Shown one piece after another: positions 21,165-31,515 of a DNA stretch of 56,627 nt. The stretch covers positions 1 to 56,627 of the forward strand of contig QHSZ01000022.1 of assembly GCA_003220595.1 (NCBI GenBank). The letters run 5' to 3'. Within the stretch, counting starts at the first letter, position 1; each line of letters starts with the position of its first letter. The notes under the pieces were generated by a model. It was not told where the DNA came from. It saw nothing but the letters and a program-made list of their open reading frames with translations, and did not search any database. The stretch comes from Candidatus Rokuibacteriota bacterium (GTDB lineage Bacteria; Methylomirabilota; Methylomirabilia; Rokubacteriales; CSP1-6). Made by a program: the position numbers and the translations under genes.

Positions 21165-22210
21165 TTCGCCTTGTCTCCCGGCCGCCGGAGCGCGAGACCC
21201 ACCGCGACCGCCAGCGCCGGGCCTGCGGCGTTGACGTCCTCGGTGTACTGCGGGTCCACCTCGATCCGCTCGAACGGCCGCGCGAGCTCGACTGGGATGC
21301 CCCAGTTCGACGACAGGTAGTCGTTCAGGCCCGGGAGCAGAGAGCACCCGCCCGCGAGCACGATCCTTCCGATCCGCTCCGACTCCGCGGTGGAGGCGAA
21401 GTAGTCGAAGGTCCGCTGCACCTCGAGGGAGAGCTCGCGCGACACCGCCTCGAGCGCGGGGACGACCGCCTCCCAGCGGACGCCGACGTCGCGGCCGAGC
21501 TTGGCCGCCTCCGCCTGCTCGAAAGGGACCTTCAGCTGCTGCGCGATAGCCTGGGTGTAGTTGTTGCCGCCGAACGGAATGTCGCGCGCGAAGATCGTCG
21601 AGCCGCCGCGCACGACGTTGGTCTTCATGAACGACGCGCCGATGTCGATGAGAGCGACGGCCTCGTGCCGGTCATCGGGGTAGTTGAGCTCGAACTGATT
21701 GCCGAGCGCGAAGCTGTCCACGTCCACGATCGACGGCCGGAGCCCCGCCTGCTCCACCACCGCCGCGTACTCGAGGACCTTCGACTTCTTCACCGCGACG
21801 AGGATGAGGTCGAGCAGGCTGTCGTGCTTGCCGACGCCGTGATAGTCGAGGAAGACCTCGTCGATGGCGAACGGAATGTGGTGCTCGGCCTCGAGCTGGA
21901 CCACGTCGTGCACGTCTCTGGGAGGCACCTCGGGGATCTGGATCTTCTTGATGATGAGCTCGCGACCGCAGATGGCGATCACGGTCTCCTTCCCGCTGAC
22001 GCCGGCCTTCGCGACTGCGCTCCGAATGGCGTCCGCCACCGTTCCTGAATCTTTGATGGAACCGTCGGCGATGGCGTCGGGCGGCAGCGGCGCGATTCCG
22101 AGCGCCTCGATCCGGTACGTGCCACCCGTTTCCTTGAGCTTGAGCGCCTTAACGGCACTCGATCCGATGTCGAGCCCGAAGACATCCGAAGCCTTGCGGA
22201 AAAACGCCAT
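21161..22210 (-). CDS. pilM: Type IV pilus actin-like ATP-binding protein PilM
   Basis: Trimmed to ATG 22210 (MAFFRKASDVFGLDIGSSAVKALKL), which is preceded by GGGAGAAAGG. Sequence is FtsA/actin-fold. Confidence 0.9.
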   Translation of the reverse strand: MAFFRKASDVFGLDIGSSAVKALKLKETGGTYRIEALGIAPLPPDAIADGSIKDSGTVADAIRSAVAKAGVSGKETVIAICGRELIIKKIQIPEVPPRDVHDVVQLEAEHHIPFAIDEVFLDYHGVGKHDSLLDLILVAVKKSKVLEYAAVVEQAGLRPSIVDVDSFALGNQFELNYPDDRHEAVALIDIGASFMKTNVVRGGSTIFARDIPFGGNNYTQAIAQQLKVPFEQAEAAKLGRDVGVRWEAVVPALEAVSRELSLEVQRTFDYFASTAESERIGRIVLAGGCSLLPGLNDYLSSNWGIPVELARPFERIEVDPQYTEDVNAAGPALAVAVGLALRRPGDKAK

Positions 22211-22241
22211 GTTTAAACGCCTTTCTCCCTCGTGGTTAAGT

Positions 22242-22270
22242 AGTATAGGCGCCGCGCGTCGGGGGGCCAA
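22242..22270 (-). promoter_or_regulatory. Putative sigma-70 promoter of pilMNOPQ-aroCB (TTGGCC-17 nt-TATACT)
   Basis: Reverse strand reads TTGGCC (22270..22265), 17 nt, then TATACT (22247..22242). It lies inside a locally AT-rich island (AAATATAGTGCGTGGGAAAATATT) in an otherwise very GC-rich sequence. Confidence 0.4.
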
Positions 22271-22377
22271 TATTTTCCCACGCACTATATTTGGCGCCGA
22301 GACCCTACCTCGCCCCCAGGGGTGGATTGAGCCCGCCGGTCCACTACGGACGAATGACCAGTCTAGCGCAACGCGCC

Positions 22378-22932
22378 TCAGCGCTCGCGCCAGTTCGACA
22401 TCGCGTGGAGGACCCGAACGCCCGCCGACGGCCGGCCCGGCAAGCGGCGCCGCCTGACGACAACCTCGACTGTCCGCAAGACGGCACTGGACGAGCCCGT
22501 GGATCGCAGGACGACGACCCCGTTGGCGTCACGCGCGGCATCCGCGTCGGGCGGCTGGCCGGTCAGCGCGGCATCGGCCGCCTCGGCGTCGTTGCGGATC
22601 ACGACCGTGTAAGTCCCCGCCGGGTGCTCGAGCCCCGGGAGCGCCGCGGCGGGGAGGCCCGGCAGCACGACCCACGGATCGCGGGCGCTGGAGCCCTCGA
22701 GGAGCGCGCTCCATGAATCCTCCGCGTCGCTGGCCGCGACGAGCGCGGCGTAGCCGATCTCGAGCCCCGCCTCGGCGAGCCAGCGGGCGCGCGCGCCGTC
22801 GGCGAGGTTCCGCGCGATGGCAGGCTCGAGCGCGCTCACGGAGAGGAGGGCGAGGGCGAGGCCGCTCAGCGTCATGAGGACGATCAGCGACAGGATCAGG
22901 GCGATGCCGCGCTGGTCCCGGTGCAGGATCAC
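22378..22932 (-). CDS. PilX-like minor pilin / pilus assembly protein
   Basis: The N-terminus MILHRDQRGIALILSLIVLMTLSGLALALLSV resembles the PilX_N hydrophobic segment. GTG 22932 overlaps the upstream stop (GTGA). Confidence 0.6.
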   Translation of the reverse strand: MILHRDQRGIALILSLIVLMTLSGLALALLSVSALEPAIARNLADGARARWLAEAGLEIGYAALVAASDAEDSWSALLEGSSARDPWVVLPGLPAAALPGLEHPAGTYTVVIRNDAEAADAALTGQPPDADAARDANGVVVLRSTGSSSAVLRTVEVVVRRRRLPGRPSAGVRVLHAMSNWRER

Positions 22933-23354
22933 GGCCGCGGCGCGAGCACGGTCGCGAGCTCGACGCGGCGCTCGCCGCCCGACGCCTCACGGTAGGACAC
23001 CGCCACGCGCACCGTCTTGCAGGTCACGGTCGTCGGGGCCGCCTCGGCGCAGCCAGGGCCTCCCCGGTCGGCCACCGTCGTCTCCCGCCGGAATCCTTCG
23101 GCGTCGGCGATCGTTCTGTAGTCCTCGCGCGTGGTCCCCGGAGCGAGCTGCGGATCGTCCCAGTCCGCTAGCCCGACGCTCCGGAGGCGCTCGAGGCGTG
23201 CCTCGCCGAGGAGCACGGCGGCCGTCTCGGCGCGGCCCCGGTCGACGCTGACCGTGGCGTACTGGAGGCCCGTGACGATGGCCACGAGCCCGACCGACAG
23301 CACACACGTCGCGACCAGGACCTCGGCGAGCGAGACGCCACGCGCGTCGGTCAT
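22929..23354 (-). CDS. PilV-like minor pilin with a prepilin-type N-terminus
   Basis: MTDARG|VSLAEVLVATCVLSVGLVAIV has Gly at -1 and Glu at +5, a class III signal. 141 aa. Confidence 0.65.
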   Translation of the reverse strand: MTDARGVSLAEVLVATCVLSVGLVAIVTGLQYATVSVDRGRAETAAVLLGEARLERLRSVGLADWDDPQLAPGTTREDYRTIADAEGFRRETTVADRGGPGCAEAAPTTVTCKTVRVAVSYREASGGERRVELATVLAPRP

Positions 23355-23478
23355 GGCTTTGCGGACCTTTGGACAACGCGGGGCTGGGGCCCCGCCGTCC
23401 GAGGCGAGCCTATGATCAAGTCGCGGGGTCCGCGAGGCCGGCGCGCACCGTGGGTGGCCTGAGCCAGGCGCGCGTCGG

Positions 23479-23949
23479 TCATCGCACGCTCACGCGGCCC
23501 GAGGCCGCGACGACAACGCGCCGCGTGCGGCCGCTGGCCGGGTCCGTGACCGCGTAGCTTCCGGCGGGCGTCGCCGCGCCGAGGTGGCTCCACACCACTT
23601 CTGGCCCCGCATCGCTCACGAGCGCGCCGCCCGCGAGCCGGATCGCCTGCGCACCGGGCGCGGCGAGGGGGACGCCGCTGCACGCGGCGCCGCTCGCGCG
23701 ACCGAAGCGCACGACGCCGCGGGCGACGGAGACACAGACCGGGGCGTTGAGGGCGATCGCGAGCAGCCGTCCGTGACCGAGGGCGGAGGCGAGCTCCGTG
23801 GCCGCGGCCCGCAGCGTCGCCTCGCGCCAGTAGCCAATCAGCGACGGCACCGCGAGCCAGCAGAGGACCGTGAGCACAGAGAGCGCGACGACGAGCTCGA
23901 GGAGCCCGAAGCCCCGCGCGTCTAGCCGCCGAATCCCCGCAGGTACCAC
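23479..23949 (-). CDS. GspH/FimT-like minor pilin
   Basis: C-terminal part of ORF 23479..24558. ARG|FGLLELVVALSVLTVLCWLAVPSL is a class III signal with E+5. The proposed GTG 23949 overlaps the pilD 3' end by 28 nt, and the start is uncertain. Confidence 0.55.
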   Translation of the reverse strand: MVPAGIRRLDARGFGLLELVVALSVLTVLCWLAVPSLIGYWREATLRAAATELASALGHGRLLAIALNAPVCVSVARGVVRFGRASGAACSGVPLAAPGAQAIRLAGGALVSDAGPEVVWSHLGAATPAGSYAVTDPASGRTRRVVVAASGRVSVR

Positions 23950-24698
23950 GCCACCACCCTCTCGCCCCAGAGCAGGCCGGTGGCACCACCAAATGCAAGG
24001 AAGGGACCAAAGGGGATCGGGTCCTTGCGACCGCGGAGGCCGGTCGCGAGCAGGGTGATCGCCAGCACGCCGCCCAGGGTGACCGCGACGAACAGGCTGA
24101 ATAGCAGGACCTTCCAACCAAGAAACGCGCCAAGCATTGCGCCAAGTTTCATGTCGCCTCCGCCCATCCCCCGGGGCTGGACCAGGATGATCGCGAAGAA
24201 GACTCCGCCGCCGACGGCCGCGCCGATCACGGCGTCGAGCCACACCCCGGTGCCCACGCCGATGAGCACCCCCGCCACGATTCCGGGCAGCGTGATCGCG
24301 TCGGGGATGATCTGGTGCTCGAGGTCGATCGCGGCGATCGCGATGAGCGTGGCGAGCAGCGCCGAGGCGACGACGAAACGCCCGGTGGGGCCGAACGCGA
24401 GCCAGGCACCGAGGAAGGCGATGCCGGTGAGCAACTCGACGGCCGGATAGCGCCGCGAGATCGCGACCGCGCAGGCCCGACACCGCCCGCGCAGCGCCAG
24501 GAACGAGAGCACGGGAACGTTGTCGTACCAGGCGATCGCGGCGCCACAGGCCGGGCACGCCGAGGCCGGCCGCCAGAGGCTGCGCCGCTCCGGTAGGCGC
24601 GCGATCACGACGTTCAGGAAGCTGCCGATCACGAGCCCGAACAGGAGGACGGCGGCGGACGCCGCGCCCGGCGCGGCCTCGACGAGCGGCGCCTCCAC
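23922..24698 (-). CDS. pilD: Prepilin peptidase / N-methyltransferase PilD (A24 family)
   Basis: FGLVIGSFLNVVIARLP and the Cys cluster CPACGAAIAWYDNVPVLSFLALRGRCRAC. The polytopic C-terminal half carries GGGDMKL, one of the two family catalytic Asp motifs. GTG start. Confidence 0.9.
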   Translation of the reverse strand: MEAPLVEAAPGAASAAVLLFGLVIGSFLNVVIARLPERRSLWRPASACPACGAAIAWYDNVPVLSFLALRGRCRACAVAISRRYPAVELLTGIAFLGAWLAFGPTGRFVVASALLATLIAIAAIDLEHQIIPDAITLPGIVAGVLIGVGTGVWLDAVIGAAVGGGVFFAIILVQPRGMGGGDMKLGAMLGAFLGWKVLLFSLFVAVTLGGVLAITLLATGLRGRKDPIPFGPFLAFGGATGLLWGERVVAWYLRGFGG

Positions 24699-24702
24699 GG
24701 CC

Positions 24703-26595
24703 CTACCAGGTCTCGATCGCCCACGGGCTGGCGCGGCTGGCCATCACCGGGTCGAGCATCCGGAGGATGCCGAGCGCCGTGCGGGCGGCGTCGTGCTGCC
24801 CCATCTCGCTGAAGAATCGGACCAGCCCGGACCACGGATGCGCCATGTCCCACTTGATCCCGATCGCGCGCCTGAGGTACGGCAGGGACTCCGCCGGGTG
24901 GCCCGTGTCGCCGATGGCGTAGCCGAGGTTGGTGTTGACGAAGGGACTGTTGGGGTTGATCTTCTCGGCGCGCCTGAGCACGTCGAGCGCCTCGCCGGGC
25001 CGGCCGAGGGACATCAGCGTCGCGCCCATGTTCGTGAGCGCGTCCGCGTCGTTCGGGTGGCGTTTCAGGTACTTCTCGTACGATGCGGCCGCTTCCTTGT
25101 ACTCTCCCTTCATCGCGTGAATGTAGCCGAGGTGGTGATAGGCCTTCACGTTATCGGGTCGGATCACCAGCGTGCGCTCGAAGTGTTGGAGGGCCTCCTC
25201 GGCGAGACCACGGTTGCCGAGGTAAGCACCGAGGTTCCCGTGACAGATCGAGCAGTCCGGCTCGGAGTCGACCGCGTATCGCCAGAGTGTGTCGGTGTTG
25301 CGCCAGACCTGGGCCTGCTGGAACGAGAGCCCGGCGAGTCCGATGCCCGCCACGAGGCCCGTCACCGCGAGCGCCCGCACGAGACTCGGACGGAACGCGC
25401 CGGCCGCGGCCTCGCGCGCAAAGACGCCGGCGGCGCCGCCGAGGAGCAGCGAGAGCGCGATCGCGGGCAGATAGCTGTATCGGTCGTGGGTCAGCTGGTG
25501 CCCCGAGTGGATGAGGCCGATGACTGGCCCGAGGGCGACCACGTAACACGCCCACACCGTGAGCCCGGCCGGCCAGCGCCGACGGAGGGCGAGGACGGTC
25601 ACCGTGATCAGCGTCACGGCGAGAGCCGGCAGCAGGAAGCGCGGCGCGAGCGGGTTGACCCTCACGGGAAGCTCGTAGAGGGGCGAGAGCTGGAGCGGCA
25701 GGACGGTCTTCTCCGCGTAGAACCAGAGGCTGTTGAACATCATGCCGATCCGCGCGCTGAGCGGATAGCGTTCCAGCGGCGTGATGAAATGGTTCACGTT
25801 CTGCGCGTAGTAGGTGACGGCCGCGCCGGCGCCGCCCAGGACGGCGAAGGGGATCTTCTCGAGCAAGGTCCGCCGGTCGAATCGCCGCAGCGGATAGATG
25901 TCGAGGAGGATCAGCATCGCGGGAAGCACCATCACGCTCGCCTTCGAGGCCAGGGCGAGGAGGTAGAGGCCAGAGGCTCCGATCAAGAGCCAGCGGCGCC
26001 GGCGGCCGGTCGCGTCCGACATCTTGAGATACGCGAGAAGCGTGAGAAAGAGGAAGAGCCCCGAGAGCACGTCACGGCGCTCCGTCGCCCAGGCGACCGA
26101 CTCGGCGCGGAGGGGATGGAGCACGAAGAAAAGGGTTCCCGCGACGGCCCCGACACGGAGCGGCGCGCCGGCGAGGGGCGTGGCCTTCTGGAGGATGCGG
26201 AGCGCCACAAGGTAGAGGGCCGCCGCGCCCGCGGCGTGCACGAGCAGGCTCGTCAGATGGTAGCCCATGGGGTTCATGCCCCACAGCACGTAGTCGAGGC
26301 CGAACGTCATCCACGTGAGCGGGATGTAGTGGCCCAGCAACACGGTCGTGAAGAAGTACCTGAACTGGGCCATCCCGAGCCCCCGGTACGCGGGATTCTG
26401 GTACAGGTTCAACTGGTCGTCCCACTCGACGAAGTCGTTCCAGAGGACGGGAGAGAACACGACGAGGGTGACCACCGAGAGCGCGAGCGGGATTCCCCAG
26501 ACGGTGAGCGTGTGGCTCACCAGCCGGCTCAGGGTCGGCACGAGCGGATGCCCGGCCGTCCGTGACTCCGGCGCCGCCACGACGACGCTTTCCAT
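24703..26595 (-). CDS. Polytopic GT-C-like membrane protein (TMTC/PMT_2-like) fused to C-terminal TPR repeats
   Basis: ORF 24703..26661 has a TTG start. I prefer ATG 26595 (MESVVVAAPES), which has GAGG upstream. The N-terminal part reads VFSPVLWNDFVEWDDQLNLYQNP (acidic first loop) and is followed by about 10 TM spans. The C-terminal roughly 200 aa are TPR repeats (ALQHFERTLVIRPDNVKAYHHLGYIHAMKGEYKEAAASYEKYLKRHPNDADAL). Confidence 0.75.
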   Translation of the reverse strand: MESVVVAAPESRTAGHPLVPTLSRLVSHTLTVWGIPLALSVVTLVVFSPVLWNDFVEWDDQLNLYQNPAYRGLGMAQFRYFFTTVLLGHYIPLTWMTFGLDYVLWGMNPMGYHLTSLLVHAAGAAALYLVALRILQKATPLAGAPLRVGAVAGTLFFVLHPLRAESVAWATERRDVLSGLFLFLTLLAYLKMSDATGRRRRWLLIGASGLYLLALASKASVMVLPAMLILLDIYPLRRFDRRTLLEKIPFAVLGGAGAAVTYYAQNVNHFITPLERYPLSARIGMMFNSLWFYAEKTVLPLQLSPLYELPVRVNPLAPRFLLPALAVTLITVTVLALRRRWPAGLTVWACYVVALGPVIGLIHSGHQLTHDRYSYLPAIALSLLLGGAAGVFAREAAAGAFRPSLVRALAVTGLVAGIGLAGLSFQQAQVWRNTDTLWRYAVDSEPDCSICHGNLGAYLGNRGLAEEALQHFERTLVIRPDNVKAYHHLGYIHAMKGEYKEAAASYEKYLKRHPNDADALTNMGATLMSLGRPGEALDVLRRAEKINPNSPFVNTNLGYAIGDTGHPAESLPYLRRAIGIKWDMAHPWSGLVRFFSEMGQHDAARTALGILRMLDPVMASRASPWAIETW

Positions 26596-26665
26596 TCTCG
26601 ACCTCACGTCCTTCTCACCTCTGGCAGAGACGGCATTCGGATCCCGAGGACCTCGTAGCAAACCA

Positions 26666-26693
26666 GACGGGGGAGGGTCGGCCCTCCCCCGTC
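26666..26693 (-). terminator. Strong GC hairpin 23 nt downstream of pilA (terminator or attenuator)
   Basis: GACGGGGGAGGG-TCGG-CCCTCCCCCGTC is a perfect 12-bp stem. On the coding (minus) strand it is followed by TGGTTTGCT. Confidence 0.6.
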
Positions 26694-26715
26694 AGGTGGA
26701 ACGGCTGCTCGGGCG

Positions 26716-27132
26716 TTACGGCAGCGAGACGGTCGCGCCGTCGCCGACCGCGGAGATGTTGAAGGTTCCCGCGCCCGTGCTCGCCGTGTACGCGTACGTG
26801 CCCGTCGGCGTCCAGCCGGACGGCACGCTCGGCGTGCTCGCCAGGAACGGTCCGGCCGTCTGGCTCTGGCCGTTGGTCACGACCACCGTGAGCTGCGTGA
26901 GCGCCGTGGGGGTATTGCCCATGTGGGCGGAATAGATCGACACCGCGGAGGCGATAGCCCGGGCGTCGGCCTGGGCCTTGGCGATCCGCGCCCGCGCCTG
27001 CACGTTGGCGTAGAGCGGGATGGCGATGGCCGCCAGGATGCCGATGATCGCCACGACGATCATCAGCTCGATCAAGGTGAAGCCTCGCTGATTCCCTGCT
27101 TCGCACCGTCTCTTCGTCCACCACTGAATCAT
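26716..27132 (-). CDS. pilA: Type IVa major pilin PilA
   Basis: Trimmed to ATG 27132, directly preceded by AAGGAGGG. The leader MIQWWTKRRCEAGNQRG is followed by FTLIELMIVVAIIGILAAIAIPLY (G-1, F+1, E+5). Confidence 0.9.
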   Translation of the reverse strand: MIQWWTKRRCEAGNQRGFTLIELMIVVAIIGILAAIAIPLYANVQARARIAKAQADARAIASAVSIYSAHMGNTPTALTQLTVVVTNGQSQTAGPFLASTPSVPSGWTPTGTYAYTASTGAGTFNISAVGDGATVSLP

Positions 27133-27183
27133 GGAGCCCTCCTTAGGACTTGGGTAATGAGGTCTTCGGTCAGGCTCTCCAGT

Positions 27184-27199
27184 GGCATCTTCCATGCCA
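27184..27199 (-). promoter_or_regulatory. Sigma-54 (-24/-12) promoter of pilA
   Basis: Reverse strand reads TGGCATGGAAGATGCC. The GG and GC dinucleotides are spaced exactly as in the consensus TGGCAC-N5-TTGC. It lies 52-67 nt upstream of the pilA ATG and downstream of pilR. Confidence 0.6.
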
Positions 27200-27286
27200 G
27201 ACGGTTGCGCCGCTCCAGATCCCTTGTTTCTTCAAGCATTACCGGCGTCGAGGTATCCAGAAATCGATGAGTTCTTGACCGTGGTG

Positions 27287-27301
27287 GTCACCCCAGGTGA
27301 C
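27287..27301. promoter_or_regulatory. Candidate PilR enhancer site (perfect palindrome GTCACC-N3-GGTGAC)
   Basis: 15-bp perfect inverted repeat about 95 nt upstream of the -24 element and 27 nt past the pilR stop. Assignment to PilR is inference. Confidence 0.35.
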
Positions 27302-27327
27302 GGAATCCGTCATCGATGTGGCACGCC

Positions 27328-28702
<1,375 letters not shown>

Positions 28703-28710
<8 letters not shown>

Positions 28711-30303
28711 CGCGGACGGGGAGGGTGACCATGAACGTCGTGCCGACCCCGGGGGTGCTGCGTAGGTCGATCTCACCGCCGTGCTCCTGCACGATCCGGT
28801 GCACGAGCGAGAGCCCAAGGCCCGTGCCCTCGGGCTTCGTGGAGAAGAAGGGCTCGAACACGTGGGGGAGGTCGTCGGCCGCGATGCCGGCGCCGGTGTC
28901 GCTCACCCAGAGCTCCAGGACGCGGCCGGGCGCCTCGGCGGCCCCGACGCGCAGCTCGCCCCCCTCGGGCATCGCGTCGACGGCGTTGAGGCAGAGGTTC
29001 CAGACGACCTGCTTGAACTGCTGCGGATCCACGCGCCAGACGACCGGGGGCGCGAACTCCCGCACGATCTTGAGGCTGCCGGGCCTCGCGCGATGCTCGA
29101 GGAGCACGAGGGCTTCCTCCAGGGCGTCGGCGACGTTGACGGTCTCGAGGGTCAGCGGCGCCGGGCGCGCGTACTCGAGGAAGCTCTTGATGATCTGGTT
29201 CAGCCGCTCGGATTCGCGCATGACGATCTGCGAGAGCCGGTCGCGTGCCTCGCCGGCGGTGGCGGGCCCCGCGAGCACCTCGATCGCGCCCGTGAGCGAG
29301 GCCAGTGGGTTGCGGATCTCATGAGCGATGTTCGCGGCCATCCGGCCGAGCGTCGCCAGCCGGTCGGCCTGGCGCATCCGCGCCTCCAGCTGACGGATCG
29401 CCGAGAGGTCTTCGCAAGCCCCGATGAGTCCGAGCCGCTCGCCGTCGCCGGCGCGGAGCGCCGAGAAGGTGACCCGCACGGGCGCGGCGGCGGCCCCCGG
29501 CCGGCGCAGGGTGGTCTCGTGCAGGGAGGACAGGCGAGGGTTGGCGTCGATGGCGGCCGCGATGGCGTCGAGCGCGATCGTCTCACCGAACAGCGCCGAC
29601 CATGGGCGGCCGATCGCATCGGCTGCGCGGCGGCCCGTGATCTCCTCGGCGGCGCGGTTGAACGCGGTGACCCGGTGCCTGCGGTCGAGCGCGATGAGGC
29701 CGGTGCCCACCGACTGGAACACGAGGTCCTTGAAGGCCTGCAGGTCGACGAGCTCGCGCCGTGTCGCGCGGAACCGCTCGGCGAGCCCCCCGGCGACGAT
29801 GGCGACCACGAGGAACGTCCCCGAGTTCATGAACATCGTCAAGAGCTCGAGGCCGCTGGTCTCCCCGGGCGCGTCGAAGAAGAAGCTCGTCGGCAGGACG
29901 GTGCGGGCCAGCACGACGCTGGTGTACAGCACGCTCGAGGCAGCGGCCATCGCGAGTCCCCCCACGCGCGACAGGAGCACGCACGCCGCGGTGACCGAGA
30001 GCACGTAGAGGAAGGCGAAGATCGATCGGCCGCCGCCCGTCGCCGCCACCACGGCCGTGACGAGGACCACGTCCAGCAGGCAGAAGAGCCACGCGATGTG
30101 GCGTGGCTCCCGGAGGGCGCGGAACAGGAGCAGGGCAGCGGACGAGGCCACCGCCACCAGCAGCGCGAGCGCCAGGACGACGGGCTGCTGGCCGGGGATG
30201 AGATCGGATGGCAGGAGCGGGCCGAGGGCCAGGAGCAGCGCGGCGAGCCCGAGGCGCGCCCAGAAGAACCCGCGCAACAACCCGTCGTGCGTGAGCGCCT
30301 TCA

Positions 30304-30304
<1 letters not shown>
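28703..30304 (-). CDS. pilS: Sensor histidine kinase PilS (polytopic N-domain, PAS, HisKA, HATPase)
   Basis: GTG start. It has about 6 N-terminal TM spans and a PAS-like region. The H-box is AHEIRNPL and the N/G boxes are WVSDTGAGI and GTGLGL. Confidence 0.85.
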
Positions 30305-31506
<1,202 letters not shown>

Positions 31507-31515
31507 GGTGTCCTC

